DNA of 64,000 nucleotides, from assembly GCF_036321535.1 (NCBI RefSeq), contig NC_087437.1:82462001-82526000 (forward strand). The letters are read 5' to 3'. This document shows positions 12,870 through 24,999 of the stretch, in pieces (position 1 is the stretch's first letter; each line of letters begins with the position of its first letter). The translations under genes and the position numbers were made by a program. Origin of the DNA: Camelus dromedarius. Lineage: Eukaryota. The notes beneath the pieces were generated by a model. That model did not search any database and was not told where the DNA came from. It was given only the letters and a program-made list of their open reading frames with translations.

Positions 12870-15028
12870 ACATTACAGTCTTGATTCAGGCTATGTAAAC
12901 TCTCCAGCTCTCTCATAATATTGTTCCAAGAGACATCAACCATTTGGATACTCTATAGTGTATCACATTGGTCCTTTATAGTGATAGCTCTTGTTAACTG
13001 GAACAGCTAAGCAATGGGTGATGAATATGTTGCAGCCCTTGATGAGATATATGAGCGCCTTGATAAGATATATATGCTCCAGAGGGTGGGGGATATGCAT
13101 TAGAAAGATTCATGAACTGCCACATAATTGAATTTCACAGTAGTCAGGAGCATGTCTGTATATCACCTCCATAATCAGAAAGCTTTTACACCTCATACAT
13201 CTCACCACTAGGAAGGTAGCGCAGCACTTTGTATGCCTCCTTAGGTATTGGGAGGCAACATTTTACACTTGGTAATACTTCTTGGATCCACTTGTCAAGT
13301 GGCATAAATGTTACCTGCTTTTAGTGAGGCTCAAAGCAGGTAGGTAAGAGGTCTGTAGCAAGATCAGGCCGTAATACAAGTAGCTCTAATACATGGACCA
13401 TATGACCCCGCAGACCTTATGTTACTAGAGATTTTTATAGTGAGGAAAATTACCATGTTGAACTTATGGGCCAGCTGATGTCAGATAGCATCTGTCATCC
13501 ACCACCTCAATGCTGGGACAATGAGCTCATGAATGGATTAGCCAGGATGACAAGAATAGAGGCTCTTCTTGGGCCCAGCTCATCTGTTCCCACTTATCAA
13601 AACTTACCTAGCTACTATCCCTTCTAAATATCCAACATATCAGCAAGAGAAACTAATACTGAGGCCTAATTGCTTGAAAAGGATACCCAGACAATTGATA
13701 ATAAATTGGTTACATTGGGTCACTTTTACCCTGGAGAAAGTGGCATTTATTTTGTCATTCCTGCTGACGTATCCTTGGCCAGCACCACTATTTGAGGGCT
13801 ACAGAATATTTAATCTGATGACCAGATAATCAGATATCCCACATAACATCAAATCAGATCCCAAATCCCACCTACAACAAAGAGGGTGTGGTAGTGGGTC
13901 TTGTCACATGGCACCTCACTGCCCAGAAGCTACCAACCTGAAAGGGTGATCCAACGATCTTTTCATTATGCAGCCCTCGCATCAGCTAGGATATGACTCT
14001 GCAAGAAGTGGGTGTCATCCTCGAGGATGCACTGTACACTCCAAATCAGAGGCCAACAAACTGCAGTCCAAGCACCATATCTGACCTGCCACCTTTGTTG
14101 TTAATAAAGTTTAATTAGAACACAATCATTTTTTTTTCATTTACATATTGCCTTTGATAGCGTTCACACTGTAGTGGCAAAGTTGAGTAGTTGTGACAAA
14201 ACCATATGATCTGCAACACATAAAATATTTACTGTTAAATCTTTTACAGAAAAAAAAATGTGTTGACACCACCTCTAGATCAGTGACTTCATATAGTGTT
14301 ATGCCAATAGGTTTAATAAGTTGGTTCATGAACCAAGGTATGGAAATCAGAACTGCCCCACATATCATTACTTTCAGTGACCCACATAGGGGAAATAATG
14401 TACTTTCCAATCCAAGAACTTTATGCTCTGAGGCTAGAGGTTACAGGGTGTAATGCTTTTATTAGGGTATATAGTAAATGTCCATGTGACTTTAAGGTAA
14501 TGGCTGTCTTCCAGCTACTATAGGCTCCTCATGCAAAGAGATTAGAGGGAAAGCATAACTGACCCTAAATACTAGGGGGAAGTAGAGCGGCTATTATGTA
14601 GTGGGAACAGGGAAGAATATATTTGGCAACCAGACGGTCCAGTGGGCCATCTTTAGCCATGGCCCTGCAAGTCTGCTCAATTTTGATGGTAATGGTAAAG
14701 TACATTAGTAATGGCCTGAGAATGTCATGGTGACCAGGGACTTAGATTCATCATGAATAATGGTGTGGGCTACCCACCAAGCAAGCCACCTAGACCAGCA
14801 GAAATGCTAACTGAAGGGAATCTAGAATGGTTGGTAGAGAAGAGAGATGATGAATATCAGTTGCTGGCGAGACAGCAATATGGTAGGGCCTATAGTTTAT
14901 CCCATTAACCAACCCTTGTATAGTTCCCCAGAAAAAGAGACCAACTTTAATTCTGGAAAAGATGCTTCCAGATGGGAAGAATTTACAGTGGGAAGAAAAT
15001 GTATGTGAGTGGCCTAAGGGGGGACAAT
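12870..15028 (+). mobile_element. ERV-L internal pol/integrase-derived segment (ERV3-16A3/ERVL-like), ending at a polypurine tract
   Basis: 'caggctatgtaaactctccagctctc' encodes the ERV-L RT motif QGY.NSPAL and is followed by a decayed 'ITLVHYIDD'. A PPT-like 'gagtggcctaagggggga' is at about 15008-15025. Confidence 0.85.
14047..14272 (+). mobile_element. MER58A-like hAT MITE nested in the ERV-L
   Basis: 'cagaggccaacaaact...aataaagtttaattagaacac...gcaaagttgagtagttgtgaca...tttacagaaaaa'. The imperfect 8-bp TSD is ctccaaat/ctctagat. Confidence 0.85.
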
Positions 15029-15039
15029 TTCTTTCTTCT

Positions 15040-15330
15040 CTAACACCTCCAGTATCATTTCATGCCATTCTTCTCTCTCACTACATTCCAATTACATTTG
15101 TCTCTTTTAACAGCATGCCAAGTCTTCAGACTGCCAGGCCATTAATTTTTTTTTTTCATTCTTTCTGCCTGAAATGCTTTCCCCCCAACTTTCTGTGGTG
15201 GTCTCAATTTCCTCCTTTAAGTCTCAGTTCAGCTGTCACCTCCTCTGACCAGGTTTTACCAGACCACCTTGTCTAAAATGACCTTCCTAGATTATGTTCT
15301 ATATTATCAGCCTGTTTAATTCAATAATAA
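15040..15330 (+). mobile_element. L2 fragment
   Basis: 'ctgcctgaaatgctttccccc...ctcctttaagtctcagttcagctgtcacctcctctga...gaccaccttgtctaaaat'. Confidence 0.8.
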
Positions 15331-15509
15331 ATACATTAGGAAAATTGGGGAGATCTGTGTGGGAGCCAGAAATGAGCATCCCATACTGTGATGTTGATGC
15401 AAATTTTCCTCATGCCTCATTTTGAGAAAAAGTAATTTAGTGGTTAGGAGATTTTTAAAAATAACTTTTACCTATTTCTTATAAAATATCTTGATGATAA
15501 TCTATAGTT

Positions 15510-15740
15510 TTATTGATTGATCTGCCACATGTCAACTCTGTGCTTGCTTACCACTATGTGTATATTACCACATTTAATCTTACAACAACCCTATTATTAG
15601 TTCCCATTTTTCCGATGAGGAAGCTGAGATTCAGAGTACTTATTTATTCAGTTAAAGTTTATGCAATGTTAACGGGATTCAGATTCAGAACTCAGGTCTG
15701 TCTGACACCAAAACCAAAGCTTTCTTACTTCTCTGCTGTC
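15510..15740 (-). mobile_element. MIR SINE
   Basis: 'catttaatcttacaacaaccct...cccatttttccgatgaggaagctgagattcagag...gaactcaggtctgtctgac'. Confidence 0.9.
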
Positions 15741-17455
15741 ACACGAGTACATGAATGGCTCTCCGAATCTGTTGCTCAGAGTTGATTCCATAATACTATT
15801 CTCTGGTCCTCTTCACCTTTTTCTTTTTCCCCCTGTCACTAAACAGGAAAGAACTCATTATTTCAGCCAGATGGCAGCCAAAATCACATCTCTGATGACA
15901 AACTGACTGCCTTTACTTTATATGACACATAAATCTTTTAACGTTTAAGTCACCTTTTCAACACAGTGCCAGGAAAAATACAGGGGAAATGATCGAATAT
16001 ATCAGACTTAGTCATAAATCCCTTCTTGTGGAGAGGTTTGAAGCTTTAAAAATGGAAAAGATATTTCAGGTTCTTAGACATCTTGCTTCAGACTGCTGGT
16101 TGAAAGACAATACCTTCTCAGAAAAGGTAGGCTTGAGGAGTCTTAGGTGGTATTTCAAGAACTCATGATACTAAATTGAATTGGGAACCTTGCCAAAACA
16201 GCATTTTCCTAAGACATTAATTTTTATTCTCCTACTTGTCATCATGAATATATATTTGTTCCATAAATGTACATATAGAGGATACTTTCTAATAATGATG
16301 ACTGGCTACTCGCAAATAACATTCTCTCTCGTTCTTACAGCTGTTTTCTCTCTACCTGTTGGACTCAATTTTAGCCTGAACAAACTGTTCCATTGGAGAA
16401 CATAGAGCATGCATGTCTTTGTAGCTGAATTTTCATCAAGGGAGTCAACCAAAAAAAAGTTGTAGAATTGCTAATTGAATTTAGGACTAAAACTCAAAAC
16501 ATTATCTTTTGTTGGCTGTTATCACTGTTGTAGTGTAGTGACAGAAACCAGAAGAGGAGATATGGAGATTGATTGTTAACTCTGATGCTTAGAAATAAAA
16601 ATAAGAGGCAACATACCAAAGAAGCTTCCCTTTATTATCTGAGAAGTAAATGGAAAACTAGAAATGAAGTAACTTTTGTTATTTAAGTTTTATAAACTTT
16701 ATAACTTAGTTCTGTTAAAAGACCAAAGTGAATTCACTTCAATAGGGACCAAAATTTCATATTGAACAGTGCATAAAAGATTTGTTGAAGTTTTTATTGA
16801 AAAATAAACCTAAAAATTATAAAAGTATATTTATTAAACCAAGTAATATAATTAGGTTATTAAATGAAATGTTCTTCAACCATGTGCTAATATTAGGAAG
16901 AAATAAAGTGTAAATCAATTTCTCTTTTTTGTGGGTAAATCAGGCAAAGCCATTTGTTAGTATATTATGGCATCCTTAGTTCTACATTTGACATTTATAG
17001 AACATGAAATTGTCATTTTTGCAAAGAAATACGAAGCTTCATCAGTTTTTCCCAATGGCCTTTTCAATTTGTTATTCAAAACCATTTCCTTTTAGAGTAT
17101 AAATTCTGGTACCATTCTTGCCTTTATTTTCATCAACTTTAAACTGTACTAACTCTTCCAGGTTGTTATTTGTCAAAAGCATTACCTGTGATTCTTCAGC
17201 ACCTTTTTCTTAAGCTTACAAGACTGAATAATCACCCATGAACTGATAAGATAGCTTCATAAAATGGGCAAGGGATTAATGCAATTATAAAATAGAGAAA
17301 AGTGTTTTAAATGGGAACTCATCTTCATCTAAGAAATTAATATTTTTGTGCTTTGACTTTTCTTTCCAAAAGAGCAGCATGTCTGCAGAGACTTAGTGAA
17401 TAAAAATGCATAGAATAGAGGAGTGGTTTAAAGAAAAGGCTGTGGAGTGAGACAT

Positions 17456-17803
17456 CTATTAGTCAGCTCAGGCTGCCATAATAAAATGCCACAGGCTAGG
17501 TGGCTTAAACACAGAAACTCTAAGATCAGGATGCTTTAGGGTTGGTTTCTGGTGAGGCCTGTCGATGGCCCCCTCCTCAGCTGTTCTCACTTTGCATTTC
17601 CTTTCTGCTTGCTGAGAGAGAGACATCTCTTGGTGTCTTTTTCTTTTTTTTCTAATGTCACAAATTCTATCACATTAGGGTCCACTGTTACGACCTCACT
17701 TAACCTTAATTATCTCCCTAAAGGTCCTATCTCCAAATTGAGTCACATTGGGGATTAAAGCTTTAATATGGATTTGGGGACACATAATTTAGTCCCTAGC
17801 AAC
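17456..17803 (-). mobile_element. MaLR solo LTR (MLT1A-like) inserted into a MIR
   Basis: 'ttagtcagctcaggctgccataataaaatgccacaggctaggtggcttaaac...taaccttaattatctcccta...tttggggacacataatttagtccctagcaaca'. MIR sequence lies on both sides (about 17420-17455 and 17804-18005). Confidence 0.88.
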
Positions 17804-20090
17804 ATGGACTCATAACATAGCTCCATTACTTCCTTCCTGTTTGAACCTGGACAAATTTTAGATATCCCTTAGCCTAAATTTAATAATCTATGGATAATTA
17901 CTCAGCTCATAGGATTTTGACATGAATTAAAATAAATAGTGCATTTTAAGGACTCAGCACACTACCTGGCATAGAATAAGTGCACAGTAAATATTGGTTG
18001 TTATTATGGGTTCCTGTTAATAGCCTAGTACTGATTAAATATGAAAAATGAAAAGGGATTGACTCCTTTTCTTTATGGCAGTAAGAAATGGGGAAGCTGG
18101 ATTTATGGAGAGAATGGAGTGGACAGAAACAGCTACTAGGAGAAAAGAAAATCAGACTGAGTCTCTGAGACTTTGAGCAGGAGTGAGAAGGAGACAGTCC
18201 AAGAAGGAGCCTTGGTGCTTAGTGACCCAAAGATCTATGATGTTTCCCAGTCTCTTTGCCTTTCCCAGTCCAGTAGACTCAAAGCTCAAGGAGAAAAATA
18301 GCCACATTTTATGCACCTTTGTATTCCTGACATTATTTGACTTGTACTTTACCTATAGTCAATGATCATTATGTGTTTATAGAATTTCTACGATATTTAA
18401 TGATTTAATTATATATTATTTAATTATAATCAGCCTAGCTCTTTGCTTAACCAGTATTTCTGGTGTACAGCCACCACAGATGATTGATTTAATCACCCAG
18501 ATCATTCTGAAGGATCTAGGCTTGCTGAGGTTTTAGAGAAACACAGCTGTGTTCATCTAACTCAAGGATAATTATGACAGTCCTTCAGTTGCTTAAGAGG
18601 AATGTCAAGACGAGTCTGATATTTTATTGTGCATAGAAAACAAAAGTCATAAAATAAATATCCAATGTCTATTTGAAGTTATTGTCTCTTTGGCCTTGAT
18701 TTAAATTTTTACCAATTTATTGAAACTGGTGTGTTTTAGTGGGTTGTGTCTCTCATTTGTTCCTTTGCTCATCATTGCGATTCTGTGTTTTCTAGGTTAA
18801 ATTTTTTTTTCTCCAAGATACTCTACCAGGTTGCTCCCCTTTTTAGTTTTCCTCTTCTTTCTTTCTTTTCCAAAACTATAGAAATTAAAGATGAAAAAGA
18901 CATACTGCTCATCAAATTCCTCTTCTTCCAGGGTTGGATAGTCCTCTTTAATAGAGCAATTTTTCTACTTAGCTGAAAATGATTCAAGTGATGGGGTTTC
19001 CACCACTTCCCATGAATGGCTCTTCTACAGACTGACAGATCCCATTACGTGGTCATTTTCTCCCTTATTCTCTGCCTACATTTTTCTTTGCTCAGTTTGA
19101 TCCTGTTTCTCTTAGTTTACCCCTTTGGATAACTCAAAGAAATTCCTCTCCCCTTCTTGTTCCATAATTCTCTCAAATATTTGCAGATGGTTATTATTTC
19201 TCCTTAGTCATTATTTGGCTCAGCCATTTTAACTGGGTCTTTCATCTTTTCCTGTTATCTAGTGCCTCTAGCTTTTTCAATCTTTTAGTATTGTTCTCAA
19301 AACTTATCATTAAAAAAAAAAATGTTCTGACTGCTTTGGAATATAAAGGTCCAGATCTCAATCATGAGACTTCTCTCAGAAACTTCAAGGTGATAGCCAC
19401 ACACACCGCAGGACAGAAATAATTCAGGGTTTCATGGACCTGTAGCTTCAGTTGTAATATCAAGCATTGGTGCTTCTTCTTGGTTCAAATGCTCCTGGTT
19501 CAAATCCTGTCTTTTTCATGAAACCTCACTCACAGCACTTGGCACCATTTAGGGGAAGAACCAATACTGCACTGTCTGAGGGAAAAGGATACTTCTGTCA
19601 CAGAACATTTAGAAACATCCTAAAAGAGGTGCTATTCTTCTGAAAGAGGGATATAATTTTTCCAAAAATAAAATTTTAACTAAAGAAGAGAATTTTTCTT
19701 TAAAAGTGTTTTCGAAGCTAATTTACTCACCCATTCTACTCTCAGAGTTTCAGTTTCATTTGTGGCAGAGTTCCTTACTAGCCAGTGCTAAAAATATTTG
19801 AATATGATGTTTTAAGAAATAGATCCTTTCTTTAGAACTGCCATATAGCTGTTAGATTATCAGCAACATAAATAAGGATGATGTGAAAAAAAATAAACAG
19901 CAAGTATCAAAGGGCCCAAGGTCTGGAGTATTACCGAACATCACAAGTTCTCTGAGTCACTGCCTCCTTGGTCTCCTGGGTGGTCACTGAATGAATCAAA
20001 TGTCATTTTCTCATATCTAATCCATTTTTTTTTATCAGTGACTATTACCATGAAATATAATTACCATTTCTTTCTGTTTCCTTTATTCTT

Positions 20091-20242
20091 CTGAGATATT
20101 TGGGTTTTGTTTGTTTATTTTCTGGGGGAGAGTTAATTATTTATTTAACTTTTTTAAAATGAAGGTGCTGGGGAGTGAAGCCAGGACCTAGTGCATGCTG
20201 AGGTTGCGCTGTACCACTTGAGCTATGCTGTCCCCTCTCTTC
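20091..20242 (-). mobile_element. tRNA-derived SINE (camelid Vic-1-like) with 13-bp TSD
   Basis: Reverse complement 'ggggacagcatagctcaagtggtacagcgcaacctcagcatgcactaggtcctggcttcactccccagcacc' has A/B boxes and an A-rich tail. The TSD ttcctttattctt is at 20078-20090 and 20243-20255. Confidence 0.9.
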
Positions 20243-20267
20243 TTCCTTTATTCTTGTTGCTGCACAG

Positions 20268-20300
20268 TCCTACTATTTTGCTGTGCCGATTGAACCGAGG
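20268..20300 (+). other. Candidate 33-nt internal exon of an unidentified host gene
   Basis: ttcctttattcttgttgctgcacag|TCCTAC...AACCGAGG|gtaagt. The length is a multiple of 3 and it keeps two CpGs. It is open as SYYFAVPIEPR (phase 0) or PTILLCRLNR (phase 2). Confidence 0.6.
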
Positions 20301-21159
20301 GTAAGTTGTTAGCATTTGCTTTGTTTTCTGATCTTAGAAATAATGAATACATAAGATACATGCTTGTTACCTTGGAATGTCCTCAGTATAGACCTGTTGG
20401 GATCATAAATAGAGCCAAATAATAGTGTAAAAATACGTGGGTTTTGGAGCCAGATGGACCGAGTGTAGACACTTAATCTCTCTGCCTTGCTATGAAATCT
20501 AAAGCAAATACGTTCTCAAATTCTTTTTCAAATGTTCCTTTTCTCTCCCTCTGAATTGGGAAGTATGACTAGTGATTTACTAGTGGTTGCTTTCTTATCT
20601 TTAGTAGGTTATTTGCAATAGTTACATCTACAGAGCGTATCAAAATTAAGTAATGTTATGATCCCTAATCACTATTTATTTGGCCAGTCTTGCCCATCAT
20701 CCTCATGGAAATCAGACTTTTAGGATGGTTATACTTTCCACATAAACCCTTCACCTGTCTTCCAGCTCCTGGGTTTCCTGAAGTAATATTGCTTCCTTGT
20801 TAATATATGTTTCCTTCAAAGAATGTTTTATTGTGTAAATTCTTGCTTATTACCTGCATTATAATTTTCAAATACATTAAAACCACTTACTCAGATTTCA
20901 TTATGACTACTACCAAATTCATTGATCACAATTATCTTCTAATAAATGTTTGTTGTATCAATAGAGTAAACACATCATTTTCTTGGTTATGGTGCTTCAG
21001 CCAGAATACATAGAGAGAGGGCATGTAATTTTTTAATCCTTGTGAGATCCGATAATGAAGGATATCTTGGGAAAAGATAAGAATCTTTACAATTGATTTT
21101 TTGTCTTGTTAACAAATCTGTAACTCTCTCTGTGTCTTCTGGTGTAGTAGATAGGAAAT

Positions 21160-21300
21160 CTGAAGCTTGACGTGTGGCTTCCCAGAAGTGCATGATCCAG
21201 AGGAAAGTAAGGTGGAAGCCTCAGTGTCTTTTATGACCTCTACAGGGATGAATACCAGGAGTAGACTCCATAGGAGCCACCTTGGAGGCAGGCTACCACA
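21160..21300 (-). mobile_element. MaLR LTR fragment (MLT1F/G-like)
   Basis: 'tggcttcccagaagtgcatgatccagag...gtcttttatgacct...gccaccttggaggcaggctaccaca'. Confidence 0.7.
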
Positions 21301-21307
21301 GTAGTTG

Positions 21308-21850
21308 ACCTTTTTGTTTAATTGAGATTTTAATTGATATGATTGTAGATTTACATGCAGTTGTAAAGGACTATAGAGAGAGATGTAGTGCGTCCTTTGC
21401 CAAGTTTTCCCCAATTTTGCATTTTGCAGAAATAGTATGTTACAACATTGGCATTGATATAATGCACCAGTTTTATTCAGCTTTCCCAGTTTTACTTCTA
21501 CTAATTTGTGTGTGTATGTATGTGTTAGTTTGTATTAATTTCTATACAATTAAATCACATGTGCAGGTTCATGTGTCCCTCAGTCAAGGTACTGAGCAGT
21601 TTGAACACCACAAGAACCCCCTCCTCTTGTCTTTTTATAACCATACCTTCAACCCTCTTGTCTCAACTTCCCTCCTCAATCCTGACTCCTGGTAATCACT
21701 AATCTATCCTTATTTCTACAGGCAAATGGTTCAACAAACTCTGGTATATACCTACCGTAAAATACCACTCAGGGATAAGAAGGAATGGACAATTGATATA
21801 AACAACTTAGATGACTCTTCAAGGAATTACGCTGACTGAAAAAACCACGG
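21308..21850 (-). mobile_element. L1MC/L1MD-type 3' end with an inverted 5' segment
   Basis: 21308-21720 is an antisense L1 3'UTR. 21721-21850 is the neighbouring upstream L1 segment in sense orientation. Confidence 0.8.
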
Positions 21851-21899
21851 TACCCTTATATTTTCTCCCTCTCTGCTTTTTCTTTTTTCTTTTTTCTTT

Positions 21900-23210
21900 C
21901 AATTGATTATTTCTCTTCTGTTTGAAGAACTTCTTTTAGCTAATCGGTAGGTTTGCTAGTAACAAATTCTTTTACTTTTCTCTCAGTTGAGAATGCTTTT
22001 TATTTCCCCTTAATCCCTGAATAATAATTTCTAAAGACATAGAATTCACAACCGATGTTTTTTTTTCTTTTAGCACTTGAAAAATATTGTGTCACAGCCA
22101 AATGGCCTCCTGATTTCCAATGAGAAATCCACTTTGAATTGAGATTCCACTATAGAAAATGTGCAGTTTCTGTCCAGTTGCTTCCAAGATTTTTTTAAAT
22201 TTGTAGTTAGTTTTCAAAAGTTTTTGATATATCTTGGGGTGGAATTCATAGAGTTTATACTTCTAGAGGGGTTGCTCAACTTTTTGAAGCTATAGATTTA
22301 TGTCTTTCACCAAATTTGGAAAATAGTCAGGCATTATTTATTCAAATACTCTTTCAGTCCCACTTTCTTCCTCTTCTTCTGAAACACCAGTGATATAAGT
22401 GTTGATTTTTCTTATTGTCTCCCAGGTCCCTCAGACTCTGTGCATTTCTTTTGGTCTATTTTCTCTCTGCTTTTCAGATTAGGTAAACAACCAATCTATT
22501 GCTCTGTCCTCAGGTTCATCGGGTCTGTCTTCTATCATCACCACTCTACTTTTGAGTCCATTCAGTGAGTATTTATTTTTGTTATGGCATTTTTCAGCCC
22601 TATAATTTCTACTTTATTTTTTATAACTTCTCTTTGCTAATATTTACTACTTTTAAAATTTTGTTTTAAGAAAATTTGTAGTTGATTTTTTGAGCCTTTT
22701 TATGAAAATTTTAAATGATTGTTGTCAGATAATTCCAACATTGGATCCTTTTTTTTTTTTTTTTTTGGTTTCGATTGATTGTCTTTTCTTGTTCAAGTTG
22801 CAGTTTTCTTGGTTCTCAGTTTGGTGGGTGATTTTCTATTCTTGACATTTTTTGTCTACTATATTAAGGGACACAGGATTTTATTTAAATCTTTTATTTT
22901 TACAAGCGGTATCCTGTTCAGTTTATCACATGAGGTTTGGTGTTCTTTCTGTCTGTAACTCCAATGGTATTTTTTTATTTAGAGCCTTTGTGGTGTTACT
23001 TTGGTCTACTTGGTGTTATTTTGGTATACTTTGTGATGCTAGAGCATGTGTTGCTCCTACTAGTGTTGCCTAAAGGTGGAGAAGGGATGTCCCTAAATAA
23101 ATCTGCTGAGTGTCTCTCAGTAGATGAGGGCTGATACCTCCTGGTTGTCCTGATATCTCTGGGAAGGGATAGGAGATTTTCAGGTGTCTGGGAGAATGAG
23201 CTTCCCAGAC
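21900..23210 (-). mobile_element. Old LINE-1 ORF1/5' region fragment
   Basis: 'tttccaatgagaaatccact', 'tagatttatgtctttcaccaaatttgga...cattatttattcaaata' and 'gtcagataattccaaca' are typical of antisense L1M ORF1. Confidence 0.85.
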
Positions 23211-23224
23211 CAGGCTGAGTCTCT

Positions 23225-23451
23225 CTCTCTTTTTTTCTTTTTTTTTTAATTGAAATAGAGTTGATTTATAATGTGGTGTTAGTTTCAGATGTACAGCAAA
23301 GTGATTCAATTATACATATATATGTTCTTTTTCAGATTCTTTTTCATTATATATTATTATAAGATATTAAATATGGTTCCCTGTGCTATACAGTGGGTCC
23401 TTGTTTATCTATATATAGTAATGTGTATATGTTAATCCCAAACTCCTAATT
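23225..23451 (-). mobile_element. Short, younger LINE-1 3' end (artiodactyl-type) with 13-bp TSD
   Basis: PolyT followed by 'aattgaaatagagttgatttataatgtggtgttagtttcagatgtacagcaaagtgattca'. The TSD aggctgagtctct is at 23212-23224 and 23452-23464. Confidence 0.92.
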
Positions 23452-23569
23452 AGGCTGAGTCTCTTTTGCCAGTTCCACTTCATGTCTACTGCAAAGGAGC
23501 AGAGAAAAACAGCTCTACCTCATCTAGTAGTGTACCTTTTTAATCTTCAGCTTAGGTTAATTTTTCTTT

Positions 23570-23685
23570 ATTTATTCTTTCATTTATTCACTGAGTACTA
23601 ACTATGGGTTTTGGCACCATTTTAAGTATTGGTAATGCTAAAGAAGCAAAAGATTCCTGTCCTCATGGAGTTTACATTCTAATAT
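23570..23685 (-). mobile_element. L2 3' end fragment
   Basis: 'ttcatttattcactgagtactaactatg...ttcctgtcctcatggagtttacattcta'. Confidence 0.75.
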
Positions 23686-24999
23686 TTCTTTGATTATTAC
23701 TTTTACCAAGTCTATTTCTATTTCTTCATTATATCTCTTATGTTTTTACCTATGATTTTCCTTTCTCAGTATTTTGTGATGTATATTTTAAATTACACAA
23801 CTTAATTTTTAGTGATAGCCAACTTATTTTCAATTTATCTAATTAATTTTAAAGTTGTTTTTTGGTCCAAAAACTCTTCATGTGTGTATGCTGTAATTCA
23901 TGTCTTTAATAAGATTTTGATTAGAGTTTCCTTCTGTTTCTGCCATTAGTTATGCTTCCACCATTCTGTTTATTTGATGCCACCTTCTTCCCACAAGCAA
24001 TCAAGTCCCCATAAATGACTCTATTTACCTGCTCTTATCAATAGGTGTGGGTGGGACATTAAATGAAGGCATAAGGAGTTTTTCTCCAGGTAATTCGTGG
24101 TGATATGTTTGGCAAACTAAAGCTTCTCTTTTGAGTCATTTCAGAGGAAGCCTTTTTCTAATTTAGTTAAAGTGAGAATGGCTTGCAATTTCTCTCTGGG
24201 GCAGTGGTGTTAAGGAAATGGCTTGCTTTTCCCAGAGCTGCACATAGCAAGCCATATTTCCCCCTACTCCAATAGATTTCTTAATGGCTGGCCAGACCTT
24301 CAGTATGATTCCCACTCCAGGATACATGGAGAATTGGTGTTTTGTATTTGCAGAGAAGAAGCCCTTTTTCTAGGACACTGGGCTCTCAGTTATTCTCCAT
24401 ACATAAACCTCATTCATTAGGATATAAGGCTTAAGATTCATCTGCATTCTTCTCAGCCAAGATCATTTTGGTGATTATCCCCTCCAACAGGAATCGCCAG
24501 GGAGAGGTCCTCTAATTTAATTGTCTCTGCCAGTTGGAGGAAGGAGAGAGGAAAGAACTGGAGCATCTGTAGATGATAGCTGACTTTACAGTGGGATGGG
24601 CAGAGATTTATGAGCAGAGAAAAATGAAGGTTACAATCAGGGTGAGGAATGAAGGAGTGTGAGTGCTTATGTGGACAAAGCTTAGAGCAATTGTATTTAG
24701 AGCCCAAGAAAAGGAGAGACTTAGGGAAAAACTTAAAAGCATGGGGGTTACTGAGACCAAAAGAGGTAGAAAAAGGGATATAAATCCTTATCTTGGTATA
24801 TGATTAGAAACTCCTCCCACCCTGAAATTTTCTTGAGTGACAGTAATGTATACTTAATCTTTAAAAATTCATGTCAGAATGTTGGATCACAGTTTCTCAG
24901 AATATAACACTTGGTCAGGATATGGCCACTCAGTGGCTAAGTTTATGTAAATTAGAAGAGAGGCCATAAATTAACAGGTAGAAGTCACAGATTTTGGAG

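Noticed and set aside
13037..13073. 21-bp-period direct repeat ccttgat(g/a)agatatat
   Set aside because: It is a two-copy slippage duplication within decayed ERV pol, not an array.
20160..20236. Possible tRNA gene on the minus strand
   Set aside because: It is a degenerate tRNA-like head with an A-rich tail and TSD, so a SINE rather than a tRNA gene.
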